From Heptranchias perlo (Eukaryota), in assembly GCF_035084215.1 (NCBI RefSeq), contig NC_090359.1, forward strand, positions 20,832,001-20,896,000: DNA of 64,000 nucleotides. Direction: 5' to 3'. The translations under genes were made by a program, and so were the position numbers. Below are positions 47,801 to 60,297 of the stretch, piece after piece (within the stretch, counting starts at the first letter, position 1; each line of letters begins with the position of its first letter). A model generated the notes under the pieces. It ran no database searches. It was given only the letters and a program-made list of their open reading frames with translations, and had not been told where the DNA came from.

Positions 47801-50800
47801 CTATTACCCAAACCTTCTGCCTATAGCGTGGAGACCCTCTCTATTACCCAAACCTCCTCCTATAGTGTGGAGACCCTCTCTATTACCCAAACCTCCTCCT
47901 ATAGAGTGGAGACCCTCTCTATTACCCAAACCTCCCCCTATAGTGTGGAGACCCTCTCTATTACCCAAACCTCCTCCTATAGAGTGGAGACCCTCTCTAT
48001 TACCCAAACCTCCTCCTATAGAGTGGAGACCCTCTCTATTACCCAAACCTCCTCCCCATAGTGTGGAGACCCTCTCTATTACCCAAACCTCCTCCTATAG
48101 AGTGGAGACCCTCTCTATTACCCAAACCTCCTCCTATAGAGTGGAGACCCTCTCTATTACCCAAACCACCTCCTATAGAGTGGAGACCCTCTCTATTACC
48201 CAAACCTCCTGCTATAGAGTGGAGACCCTCTCTATGACCCAAACCTCCTCCTATAGTGTGGAGACCCTCTCTATGACCCAAACCTCCTCCCCATAGTGTG
48301 GAGACCCTCTCTATTACCCAAATTTCCTCCTCTAGTGTGGAGACCCTCTCTATTACCCAAACCTCCTCCTATAGTGTGGAGACCCTCTCTATTACCCAAA
48401 CCTCCTCCTATAGAGTGGAGACCCTCTCTATTACCCAAACCTCCCCCGATAGTGTGGAGACCCTCTCTATTACCCAAACCTCCTCCTATAGAGTGGAGAC
48501 CCTCTCTATTACCCAAACCTTCTGCCTATAGTGTGGAGACCCTCTCTATTAACCAAACCTCCTCCTATAGCGTGGAGACCCTCTCTATTACCCAAACCTC
48601 CTCCTATAGAGTGGAGACCCTCTCTATTACCCAAACCTTCTGCCTATAGTGTGGAGACCCTCTCTATTAACCAAACCTCCTCCTATAGCGTGGAGACCCT
48701 CTCTATTACCCAAACCTCCTCCCTATAGTGTGGAGACCCTCTCTATTACCCCAAACCTCCCCCTATAGTGTGGAGACCCTCTCAATTGCCTTAAACCGCG
48801 TCCTATAGTGTGGAGACCCTCTCTATTACCCAAACCTCCCCCCTATACAGTGGAGACCCTCTCTATTACCCAAACGTCCTCCTATAGTGTGGAGACCCTC
48901 TCTATTACCCAAACCTCCCCCCTATAGAGTGGAGACCCTCTCTATTACCCAAACGTCCTCCTATAGTGTGGAGACCCTCTCTATTACCCAAACCTCCCCC
49001 CTATAGAGTGGAGACCCTCTCTATTACCCAAACCTCCTCCTATAGTGTGGAGACCCTCTCTATTACCCAAACCTCGTCCGATAGAGTGGAGACCCTCTCT
49101 ATTACCCAAACCTCCTCCTACAGAGTGGAGACACTCTCTATTACCCAAGCCTCCTGCTACAGTGTGGAGACCCTCTCTATTACCCAAACCTCCCCCTATA
49201 GAGTGGAGACCCTCTCTATTACCCAAACCTCCTCCTATAGAATGGAGACCCTCTCTATTACCCAAACCTCCTGCTATAGTGTGGAGACCCTCTCTATTAC
49301 CCAAACCTCCCCCTATAGAGTGGAGACCCTCTCTATTACCCAAACCTCCTCCTATAGAGTGGAGACCCTCTCTATTACCCAAACCTCCTCCTACAGAGTG
49401 GAGACCCTCTCTATTATCCAAGCCTCCTGCTACAGTGTTGAGACCCTCTCTATTACCCAAACCTCCCCCCTATAGAGTGGAGACCCTCTCTATTACCCAA
49501 ACCTCCTCCTATAGTGTGGAGACCCTGTCTATTACCCAAACCTCCTCCTATAGTGTGGAGACCCTCTCTATTACCCAAACCTCCCCCTATAGTGTGGAGA
49601 CCCTCTCTATTACCCAAACCTCCTCCTATAGAGTGGAGACCCTCTCTATTACCCAAACCTTCTGCCTATAGTGTGGAGACCCTCTCTATTAACCAAACCT
49701 CCTCCTATAGCGTGGAGACCCTCTCTATTACCCAAACCTCCTCCCTATAGTGTGGAGACCCTCTCTATTACCCCAAACCTCCCCCTATAGTGTGGAGACT
49801 CTCTCAATTGCCTTAAACCGCGTCCTATAGTGTGGAGACCCTCTCTATTACCCAAACCTCCCCCCTATACAGTGGAGACCCTCTCTATTACCCAAACCTC
49901 CTCCTATAGAGTGGAGACCCTCTCTATTACCCAAACCTCCTGCTATAGAGTGGAGACCCTCTCTATTACCCAAACTTCCTGCTGTAGTGTGGAGACCCTC
50001 TCTATTACCCAAACCTCGTCCTACAGAGTGGAGACCCTCTCTATTACCCAAGCCTCCTGCTACAGTGTGGAGACCCTCTCTATTACCCAAACCTCCCCCA
50101 AAAGAGTGGAGACCCTCTCTATTACCCAAACCTCCTGCTATAGTGTGGAGACCCTCTCTATTACCCAAACCTCCTCCGATAGAGTTGAGACCCTCTCTAT
50201 TACCCAAACCTCCTCCCTATAGTGTGGAGACCCTTTCTATTACCCAAACCACCTCCTATAATGTGGAGACCCTCTCTATTGCCCAAACCTCCTCCCCATA
50301 GTGTGGAGACCCTCTCTATTACCCCAAATCTTCCCCTATAGTGTGGAGGCCCTCTCAATTGCATTAAACCTCCTCCTATAGAGTGGAGACCCTCTCTATT
50401 ACCCAAACCTCCCTCCTATAGAGTGGAGACCCTCTCTATTACACAAACCTCCTCCTATAGAGTGGAGACCCTCTCTATTACACAAACCTCCTCCTATAGT
50501 GTGGAGACCCTCTCTATTACACAAACCTCCTCCTATAGAGTGGAGACCCTCTCTATTACACAAACCTCCTCCTATAGAGTGGAGACCCTCTCTATTACAC
50601 AAACCTCCTCCTATAGTGTGGAGACCCTCTCTATTACCCGAACCTCCTCCGATAGTGTGGAGACCCTCTCTATTACCCAAACCTCCTCCCTATAGTGTGG
50701 AGACCCTCTCTATTACCCAAACCTCCTCCCTATAGTGTGGAGACCCTCTCTATTACCCGAACGTCCTCCGATAGTGTGGAGACCCTCTCTATTACCCAAA

Positions 50801-52862
50801 CCTCCTCCTATAGAGTGGAGACCCTCTCTATTACACAAACCTCCTCCTATAGAGTGGAGACCCTCTCTATTACCCAAACCTCCTCCCCATCGTGTGGAGA
50901 CCCTCTCGATTACCCAAACCTCCTCCTATAGTGTGGAGACCCTCTCTATTACCCAAACCTCCTCCCGATAGTGTGGAGACCCTCTCTATTACCCAAACCT
51001 CCTCCCCATCGTGTGGAGACCCTCTCGATTACCCCAAATCTCCCCCTATAGTTTGGAGACCCTCTCAATTGCATTAAACCTCCCCCTTATAGAGTGGAGA
51101 CCCTCTCTATTACCCAAACCTCCTCCTATAGTGTGGAGACCCTCTCTATTACCCAAACCTCCTCCTATAGAGTGGAGACCCTCTCTATTACCCAAACCAC
51201 CTCCTATAGAGTGGAGACCCTCTCTATTACCCAAACCTCCTCCCTATAGTGTGGAGACCCTCTCTATTACCCGAACGTCCTCCGATAGTGTGGAGACCCT
51301 CTCTATTACCCAAACCTCCTCCTATAGAGTGGAGACCCTCTCTATTACACAAACCTCCTCCTATAGAGTGGAGACCCTCTCTATTACCCAAACCTCCTCC
51401 CCATCGTGTGGAGACCCTCTCGATTACCCAAACCTCCTCCTATAGTGTGGAGACCCTCTCTATTACCCAAACCTCCTCCCCATCGTGTGGAGACCCTCTC
51501 GATTACCCAAACCACCTCCTATAGAGTGGAGACCCTCTCTATTACCCAAACCTCCTCCTATAGTGTGGAGACCCTCTCTATTACCCAAACCTCCTCCTAT
51601 AGTGTGGAGACCCTCTCTATTACCCAAACCACCTCCTATAGAGTGGAGACCCTCTCTATTACCCAAACCACCTCCTATAGTGTGGAGACCCTCTCTATTA
51701 ACCAAACCTCCTCCTATAGCGTGGAGACCCTCTCTATTACCCAAACCTCCTCCCTATGGTGTGGAGACCCTCTCTATTACCCCAAACCTCCCCCTATAGA
51801 GTGGAGACCCTCTCAATTGCCTTAAACCGCGTCCTATAGTGTGGAGACCCTCTCTATTACCCAAACCTCCTCCTATAGAGTGGAGACCCTCTCTATTACC
51901 CAAACCTCCTCCCTATAGAGTGGACACCCTCTCAATCGACCAAACTTCCTCCCTATAGTGTGGAGACCCTCTCAATTGCCTTAAACCTCCTCCTATAGTG
52001 TGGAGACCATCTCCATTACTCAAACCTCCTCCTATAGAGTGGAGACCCTCTCTATTACCCAAACCTCCTCCCCATAGTGTGGAGACCCTCTCAATTACCC
52101 CAAATCTCCCCCTATAGTGTGGAGACCCTCTCAATTACCCCAAACCTCCTCCTATAGTGTGGAGACCCTCTCTATTACCCAAACCTCCTCCCTATAGTGT
52201 GGAGACCCTCTCTATTACCCAAACCTCCTCCCTATAGTGTGGAGACCCCCTCAATTGCCTTAAACCTCCTCCTATAGAGTGGAGACCCTCTCTTTTACCC
52301 AAACCACCTCCTATAGTGTGGAGACCCTCTCTATTACCCAAACCTCCTCCGATAGAGTGGAGACCCTCTCAATTGCCTTAAACCTCCCCCTATAGTGTGG
52401 AGACCCTCTCTATTACCTAAACCTCCTCCTATAGTGTGGAGACCCTCTCTATTACCCAAACCTCCTCCTATAGAGTGGAGACCCTCTCTATTACCCAAAC
52501 CTCCTCCTATAGAGTGGAGACCCTCTCTATTACCCAAACGTCCTCCTATAGTGTGGAGACCCTCTCTATTACCCAAACCTCCTCCTATAGAGTGGAGACC
52601 CTCTCTATTACCCAAACCTCCTCCTATAGAGTGGAGACCCTCTCTATTACCCAAACCTCCTCCTATAGAGTGGAGACCCTCTCTATTACCCAAACCTCCT
52701 CCCGATAGTGTGGAGACCCTCTCTATTACCCAAACCTCCTCCTATAGTGTGGAGACCCTCTCTATTACCCAAACCTCGCCCTATAGAGTGGAGACCCTCT
52801 CTATTACTCAAACCTCCTCCCTATAGAGTGGAGACCCTCTCTATTGCCCAAACCTCCCCCCT
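41884..52862. repeat. 39-41 bp minisatellite, ~11 kb (~280 units)
   Basis: Unit tatagWgtggagaccctctctattacccaaacctcctcc. Confidence 0.98.
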
Positions 52863-52932
52863 CTCGCATTTTCAGAAGCCGCTTGTCCCTCCCTGCGGTC
52901 ACGTCTCTTCAGGGTTGGGCTTGGGGGTGTCG

Positions 52933-52946
52933 CCGCCAGAGGGCGC
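52933..52946 (+). promoter_or_regulatory. CTCF core consensus match
   Basis: CCGCCAGAGGGCGC in CpG-rich unique DNA, about 70 bp after the minisatellite. Confidence 0.6.
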
Positions 52947-53612
52947 GGGTTCTCCACGGCCACAAAAGGACATCTTTTCCCCGGCAGCGAGTCGGTGCTG
53001 GCTGGGTGTAATCTTCGAATCTGTTGTGTGCGAAACAAGGCGACGCTCTGAACGACCCTCTTTTTTTTGGCAGGTTCGAGGCGCATTCACCATGTGCAGG
53101 AGAACAAAGGCGTTGGATTAGGAGCAGGAAAGGAATTTTATTTTGGAGGGGTGGGAAACACTTTTTTAAAAACTGGGGAGAAGAGCAAATGCAAAAGACA
53201 GTGAGAAAGATCTGCAATATGATCTCTCCATTCTCAAATCATCCCTTTAATACAAGTGCAAAAAGAAAAGATTTTGAAAATTAGACCCTCAAAAAGTTTA
53301 CCTGAAATTTATTAGGATATAAAATTATTGCCACAAATTCACCCGAAGAGGAATTTTTCTCCCTAAAATTAAACATTTATGAAGGGGAAAAATTTGCAGA
53401 GTGATTGGGGAGGGGTGAACTCAATTAGATTGCTCTTTCACAAAGGGCCAGCACAGGCACGATGGGCCAAATGGCCTCTTTCTGTGCCAGATTTAATAAG
53501 TGCAGTCATTATTTCATTTGATGTTTGCTGAAATGTCTTTTTTTGGGAGTGGGGTGGGGGGAGAAAAAAAGTTTTAAACAAGTTTGGGGGTGGGGTTTAA
53601 ACGAGCTGGCTG

Positions 53613-53655
53613 TGATTGACAGCCCGGTGGACCAATTGGAGCGGGGAGGGGGCGG
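53613..53655 (+). promoter_or_regulatory. Promoter: PBX-PREP/MEIS decamer + CCAAT + GC box
   Basis: TGATTGACAG 53613-53622, CCAATTGG 53632-53639 (9 nt apart), GGGGGCGG 53648-53655, about 200 nt upstream of a Kozak-context ATG. Confidence 0.65.
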
Positions 53656-53829
53656 CTCCAGTCAGTTTCAGCCTCCAGCTGCTGGGGAAGTTTTGTGGCA
53701 AAGTTTTTTTCTCTTGTTGGCGGAGGTTTGGAAAGTTTGCGGAGGGTCCGGGATGCGCTGATCGCAGGGAGAGACCGGTTCGTACCCACCCCCCCAGTCT
53801 CACCCCCTGCCCCGGAGGAAAGGGCAACC

Positions 53830-53881
53830 ATGAGTCGCTGGCTGCTTTGCTGCTTGCTCCCTGCTGCACTGGCTGTGGAAG
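53830..53881 (+). CDS. First coding exon (signal peptide) of a probable EphB receptor, EPHB4-like; rest of gene outside the window
   Basis: gcaaccATG, MSRWLLCCLLPAALAVE + G, then a GAAG|gtgggt phase-1 donor. 17 codons + 1 nt, ending AVE-E, is the exon-1 layout of EphB genes (human EPHB4 MELRVLLCWASLAAALE|E). Identity is inferred from a short exon. Confidence 0.6.
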
Positions 53882-53910
53882 GTGGGTTTTGATCTGCTTA
53901 TTCCGCGGTA

Positions 53911-53947
53911 GAGAGACAGAGACAGAGACAGAGAGAGAGAGAGAGAG
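53911..53947 (+). repeat. (GA)n/(GAGACA)n microsatellite
   Basis: gagagacagagacagagacagagagagagagagagag. Confidence 0.9.
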
Positions 53948-54044
53948 CAATGTGCAGGGTCCAGAGCGGCTTTGTGAGGCTTGGGATGGGTTTGGGGAGA
54001 GAGAGGAGCCCCGGAGTCCTCACTGGAAGCTGCATTGGATGCAA

Positions 54045-54918
54045 GGGTTTGGAGAGGGGGTTGATGATGGGGTTTGATGATGGGGAGGATGGAGGGTTTG
54101 ATGAGGGGGAGGATAGAGGGGTTTGATGAGGGGGAGGATGGAGGGGTTTGATGAGGGGGAGGATGGAGGGGTTTGATGAGGGGGTGGATGGAGGGGTTTG
54201 ATGAGGGGGTGGATGGAGGGTTTGATGAGGGGGTAGATTCAGGGTTTGATGAGGGGGAGGATGGAGGGTTTGATGAGGGGGTGGATGGAGGGTTTGATGA
54301 GGGGGTAGATTCAGGGTTTGATGAGGGGGAGGATGGAGGGTTTGATGAGGGGGTGGATGGAGGGTTTGATGAGGGGGAGGATAGAGGGGTTTGATGAGGG
54401 GGTGGATGGAGGGGTTTGATGAGGGGGTGGATGGAGGGTTTGATGAGGGGGTGGATGGAGGGGTTTGATGAGGGGGTGGATGGAGGGGTTTGATGAGGGG
54501 GTGGATGGAGGGTTTGATGAGGGGGTGGATGGAGGGTTTGATGAGGGGGTGGATGGAGGGTTTGATGAGGGGGTGGATGGAGGGTTTGATGAGGGGGTGG
54601 ATGGAGGGTTTGATGAGGGGGTGGATGGAGGGTTTGATGAGGGGGTGGATGGAGGGTTTGATGAGGGGGTGGATGGAGGGTTTGATGAGGGGGTGGATGG
54701 AGGGTTTGATGAGGGGGTGGATGGAGGGTTTGATGAGGGGGTGGATGGAGGGTTTGATGAGGGGGTGGATGGAGGGTTTGATGAGGGGGTGGATGGAGGG
54801 TTTGATGAGGGGGTGGATGGAGGGTTTGGAGAGGGGGTGGATGGAGGGTTTGATGAGGGGGTGGATGGAGGGTTTGGAGAGGGGGTGGATGCAGGGGTTT
54901 GATGAGGGGGTAGATGGT
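54045..54918 (+). repeat. 24/25-bp G-rich minisatellite
   Basis: gggtttgatgagggggtggatgga, with perfect copies from ~54490 to 54825. Confidence 0.97.
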
Positions 54919-55525
54919 GGGTTTGGAGAGGAGGGGGGGCAGATACAGGGTTTGGAGATAGAGGGGGGGCAGATACAGGGTTTGGAGTGAGGGGGGGGCA
55001 GACACAGGGTTTGGAGAGGGGGGGTGCAGACACAGGGTTTGGAGAGAGGGGGTGCAGATACAGGGTTTGGAGAGAGGGGGTGCAGATACAGGGTTTGGAG
55101 AGAGGTGGGGGCAGATACAGGGTTTGGAGAGGGGGGGGCAGATACAGGGTTTGGAGAGGAGAGGGGGCAGATACAGGGTTTGGAGAGAGAGGGGGGGCAG
55201 ATACAGGGTTTGGAGAGAGGGGGGGCAGATACAGGGTTTGGAGAGAGGGGGGGGCAGATACAGGGTTTGGAGAGAGGGGGGGCAGATACAGGGTTTGGAG
55301 AGAGGTGGGGGCAGATACAGGGTTTGGAGAGAGGTGGGGGCAGATACAGGGTTTGGAGAGGAGGGGGGGGCAGATACAGGGTTTGGAGAGGAGAGGGGGC
55401 AGATACAGGGTTTGGAGAGGAGAGGGGGCAGATACAGGGTTTGGAGAGGAGAGGGGGCAGATACAGGGTTTGGAGAGGAGAGGGGGCAGATACAGGGTTT
55501 GGAGAGAGGTGGAGGGGCAGATACC
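54919..55525 (+). repeat. 28-32 bp G-rich minisatellite
   Basis: gggtttggagaga(g)ggggggcagataca. Confidence 0.97.
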
Positions 55526-55849
55526 CAGTGCACGGAGATGCAGCTGAGAACATAGAACCATTTTAAGAGAGCTCCCGTTAAATTTGGGCGTGTGAGGAGG
55601 CGGGGGGAAAGGTAGTTTGGGACTGAGCCTGTCGGTCGTCGTTGGCTGCTTGTTCTCTGGCTGATCGTGTAATCGGAGCCAGCTGAATAGTTCTCACATA
55701 AAGTCAGTGTGCTGTACCTTTCTTCTTCCAATGGGCTGCCGTGCTTTGCTGTTGAAAGGGAGGCTGCGGAGTCAAACCATTGTCTGCCTGTTTCCTTTTC
55801 TATATATAATCTCGGGGGGGGGAAAAAAATGCATTTTAAGGAGGCGCTC

Positions 55850-56240
55850 AGGATTTAATAGAGGGGTACAAAATTCCGAGGGGGCTTTTGCTGGAGTAAA
55901 TAAGGAGAAACTCTTTCCACTGGCAGAATCGTCGGCTAACCAGAGGACACAGGTTTAAGATAACTGGCAAAAGAACCAGAGAGGGGGAGAATTTTTTATT
56001 TAACGCAGTGAGTTGTTCTGATCTGGAACGCGCTGCCTGAAAGGGCGGTGGAAGCAGATTCAATAGTGACCTTCGAAAGGGAATTGGATAAATACTTGAA
56101 AAGGAAAAATAATTGCAGGGCTGACGGGGTAAATGGGTTTGGGTGAGGGAGGTTTTGAGAGAGAGAGAGAGAGAGACCGATTCGGACGGCTCTTTCAAAG
56201 GGCAGGCACGAGGGGCCGAGTGGCCTCTTTCCGAGTGCTG
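55850..56240 (+). mobile_element. CR1 3' end
   Basis: gagaaactctttccactggc...tctggaacgcgctgcctg...ggccgagtggcctc. Confidence 0.8.
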
Positions 56241-56664
56241 TGTGTGTTTCAGTTTCCTGAAAAGAATCGGAGACAGGAAAGGGTGGGAGAGAGTGAAGAT
56301 TCCCAGAACAATAGGGAGGAGGGGCGTCTTGTACCTGGAGTGTGGGGTGCATGCGGATGGTGGGGGGGGGTGGTTGGAAGGTTTTGGAGAGACCTGGTGT
56401 GGGTCATCGCATGCGAGGCTGCTTCTAAGATGGCGGGAGGCTGGGTCACGGATTTACGCTCTGGGGGTATTGGTGTCGTAAACGGTCAATCTGTTCCCGA
56501 GGAAACCGTCCGCCTGTTCTCGTCAGGGAGACGGTAGATTAGGAGTATTTGGATGGCGGACATTCTGACCTCGTTCTGCTGGCCTGTGTTGGGGGAAAAA
56601 AGCCCCCTTTTTCTTCCCTCTACCCTCCCCTTCCTCGACCCGCGTTTTTGTTATTCCCAGGGAG

Positions 56665-57210
56665 ACACAGGAATAGGAGGAGGCCGTTCAGCCCCTCGGG
56701 CCTGTTCCGCCATTCAGTTAGATCGCGGGCTGACCTGTACCTCAACTCCATTTGCCCGCCTTTGCTCCACATCCCTCGATCCCCTCACCCAACAAAAGTC
56801 TATCCATCTCGGTCTTGAAATCTCCAATTGACCCCCAGCATCCAGGGCCCTTTTTGGGGGGAGAGAGTTCGAGATTTCCACTCCCCTTTGTGTGAGGAAG
56901 TGCTTCCTGACATCACCCCTGAACGGCCTGGCTCTAATTTTAAGGTTATGCCCCCCTTGTTCTGGACTCCCCCCACCAGAGGAAATAGTTTCTCTCTATC
57001 CACCTTATCAAATTATTTCACCCCTCAATCCTCTAAACTTGAGGGAATACAGGCCTAGTCTGTGCAACCTGTCCTCGTAATTTAACTCTCTAAGCCCTGG
57101 TATCATTCTGCTGAATCTGCTCGGCACCCCCTCCAAGGCCAATATATCCTTCCTGAGGTGCGGTGCCCAGAACTGAACGCAGTGCTCCAGATGGGGGTCT
57201 GACCAGGGTT
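56665..57210 (-). mobile_element. CR1 3' end, antisense
   Basis: Reverse complement of cagttctgggcaccgcacctcagg...REKLFPL...CR1 tail. Confidence 0.85.
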
Positions 57211-57704
57211 CTGATCACCAGTGACTTGGGAGCTCATGAGACACTAGTCTTGACACTGATACTGGGTTGGTCAGTGAGGCCGGAGACAATGGGTGTGGAT
57301 TAGACAAACTCTGTCGCGGCCTCCCATTTGAAAAATGTGTAGGGCTGTGGGGGATGGAGTGGGACCAATCAGCTAGCTCCCTCAAAGAGCTGTCACAGGC
57401 GCAAAGGGCTGAATGGCCTCCTTTGCTCCATGATTCAACTCCATTGCCTTTTCTGATCGATGCAAGCCTGGTTTCCAATATAAGACGGTCTCTTTCAGCA
57501 CTTGTAACATTATCATGGGGGTGGGGGATGCGGAAAGACCCCTAGGGGGAAACACGCAGCGTCTGAAAGGGTGTTGGTCCTTCGTCAGAACTGAGAAAAA
57601 AGAGACAAGAGGCAGCCAGATGAGATGTTTTCGCCACTCCCCGTTCCTTTCAGTCTCGAGACTGTTTTGTTATGACGGCTGCTTAGAGCCCCTCCCTTGT
57701 AGGT

Positions 57705-57975
57705 GTCGGCCGTGGATCAGTGGGTAGCACTCGCTCGCCTCTGAGTCAGAAGGTCGTGGGTTCAAGTCCCCCTCCAGAGACTTAAGCCCCGTATTCTAGG
57801 CCGACACGCCCCAGTGCCAGTGCTGAGGGAGTGCTGCACTGTCGGAGGTGCCACCTTTGGGATGAGACGTTAAACCGAGGGGCCCCCCCCTGCGTGTAAA
57901 AGATCCCACGGCCACTGTTCGGAAGAAGAGCAGGGGGAGTTCTCCCCGGTGTCCTGGACCAATATTTATCCCTCA
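57705..57975 (+). mobile_element. tRNA-headed Deu-domain SINE 5' part, followed by an L2 fragment (~57980-58160)
   Basis: A box tggatcagtgg, B box ggttcaagtcc. Confidence 0.8.
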
Positions 57976-58944
57976 CCCTTGCCTTCAAATCCTTCCATGG
58001 CCCTTGCCCCTCCACTCCCCTATCTCTGTAACCTCCTCAAGCCCCCACAGCCCTTTCCGAGATCTCTGCGCTCCTCCGGTTCTGGCCTCCCCGATTTCCT
58101 TCGCCCCGCCATTGGCGGCCGTGCCTTCAGCCGCCCAGGCCCCAACCGCTGGAATTCCTAAATTGTCTTTCGTTCTGCAACGCCTGTTAAAACCTAATGT
58201 CGGTGACTTTCCCGCCGTGCCATGGGCGAGTCTGAATATCTTGGTGTGAAAAATAATTTGTTCAACTATCGGTGAATTCTAAAGGGAAGGTGGTCACCCA
58301 GACAAGGCTGGACAAGGGACTGTCTCCTCTACAATGACTCGGTGAACTGGATTGATGATTTAATGGCGGTCTTTCTTTTTTGGCGAAGTTTGTTGGAATA
58401 GAGGAGACCGCAAGGCTGAGTTTTCAAGAGCGGTGAACTGATTTGGTTTGACCGTTGAAGTAAGAGGGGATGTCGGGGGAAACTTTCGTCCTGAGGGCAA
58501 TTGAATTGCCAGGGAAGGATATTGAGGTCGGCAGTGTGAATTGAGTCAAGAGGCAACTGGATGGGTCTCTGGGGAGAGGAGGGATTGAGGGATCTGGTCA
58601 GAAGATGGGGCTGAACCACCCAGTGGTGACTTAGCTGTTCTGAAGATTTCTTGTGTTCACACACGTCCCTTGTTTAGACCCATGTGTACTTGTGGGAGTT
58701 TATTGGGGATATGGTGAGCCCAGAAGGGCCCCCTTTTGCTCTACGTACTTGTTCTCGGGCTGCGGGCGACGCTGGCAAGGCCTCGTTCATCGCCCTCCTA
58801 ATGCCCTCTGACGTTGCAAATAGAACTGAAGCAGGCATTAAGACTCAAGCACGTAGCGCGGAGCCGAAGTCACACGTAAGGCCACCCCCACCCCGAGACC
58901 GACAGATCAGTAGGTGAGCCGGTAACAAAATACCGCGGCGGGGG

Positions 58945-59167
58945 GGCGCTGGAAACCTGAAACAAAATACCGGAAAGTGCCGGAAACTCTCAGCGGGTTG
59001 GGCGGCGTCCGCGGAGAGAGAAAGAAACCAGAGTTAACGTTTCAGGGCGATGACCTTTTCGTTGGTTCCGTTCCAAAATGGCATCCTCCTGAAACGTTAC
59101 CTCTTGTTTCTCTCTCTCCTCAGATGCTGACTCTTTCCACAATTTTCTGGTGTTTTCTAAAATTTCA
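58945..59167. mobile_element. Inverted pair of Penelope-like termini with degenerate hammerhead cores
   Basis: gagttaacgtttcagg on the left arm faces cctgaaacgttacctc on the right arm. Confidence 0.55.
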
Positions 59168-59469
59168 TTAGGGAGCCAGTTGGGGTTTTTTTTTGGCGAC
59201 AAATCAAAAAACATGCTTTTTTTTTCCCTCACGATCAATTTTGTATCCTGCTAATTTACCGGATTTAGATTCCCAACTGGCTGTGGTGGGATTTGAACCC
59301 AATGCGGTACCAGGCCAGCAATCCTTGGAGGTAACCATGAGGCTACCTGACATAGGGAGAGGGCCTTGGGCTTCCAGTGATGGTGTTTTCTCCCTTTTTT
59401 AACGGAGAATTTAATTGCCGTGTGTCCTAATTTAATCAAAAAGGATAGAGAGGACACCTGGAGAAGGTA

Positions 59470-59952
59470 CAAAATTCATTAACAAGGATGATACCAGAAC
59501 TGAGAGGTTACAACCGTCAGGAAAGATTGAACAGGCTGGGGCTCTTTTCTCTGGAAAGGAGAAGACTGAGGGGTGACCTGATCGAGGTCTTTAAGATTAC
59601 GAAGGGGTTTGATAGGGTAGACATGGAGAAGATGTTTCCACTTGTGGGGGAGACCAAAACTAGGGGCCATAAATATAAGATAGTCACCAATAAATCCAAT
59701 CGGGAATTCAGGAGAAACTTCTTTACCCAGAGAGTGGTGAGAATGTGGAACTCGCTCCCACAAGGAGTAGTTGAGGCGAATAGTGTAGATACATTTAAGG
59801 GGGAGTTGGATAAATAGATGACGGGGAAAGGAATAGAAGGATATGCTGATAGGGTGAGATGAAGTAGGGAGGGAGGAGGCCCGTTTGGAGCATAAACACC
59901 GGGATAGACCAGTTGGGCCGAATGGCCTGTTTCTGTGCTGTGCGTTCTATGT
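59470..59952 (+). mobile_element. CR1 3' end
   Basis: MIPELRG...RLGLFSLERRRLRGDLIEVFKI...WNSLP, plus tail. Confidence 0.9.
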
Positions 59953-60297
59953 ACATGGACTGAATAAACTAGTATTATTGTGAAACATTACACTGGCACT
60001 ATCCTTCCCTCAACACACAACAAGAAACATCAAAGACTATCAGTTACTCAGTGGCTGATAAGATGTGAAGATTGAGGCATGCTTGAGTCAAACATAGGAT
60101 TACAATTTATCTTTTGTACTGAAGACTGGATTTGCAGATGAACTTCAAAGCCAGCTGGCAAGGCTGTCAAGTGACTGAACTCTGTACTTAATCTTCACAC
60201 TGCTCTGCAGCAGATATGGGAGCATAATTGGACTGCATTCAATTTCCTTTTTAAGTAGACAATATCTACAGTGATCCTGGGCAGTCGCAAGGACTTG

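Noticed and set aside
41884-52862. Many proline-rich/extensin-like ORFs (WRPSLLPKPPP, VETLSITQTSS), and a CRISPR-like appearance
   Set aside because: Translations of a 39-bp tandem repeat, broken by 40/41-bp units. There are no unique spacers and no cas genes, and the DNA is eukaryotic.
53800-55731. 643-aa, 551-aa and 416-aa minus-strand ORFs
   Set aside because: Stop-free in several frames only because they run through C-rich minisatellites.
57229-57295. Sequence loosely resembling Eph exon 2 (ELM..DTSLDT..LGWSVRPE)
   Set aside because: Needs two frameshifts and lacks a polypyrimidine/AG acceptor; likely chance.
57705-57780. tRNA gene (A and B boxes; also 31095-31155)
   Set aside because: These are SINE heads continuing into the SINE body, with no complete cloverleaf.
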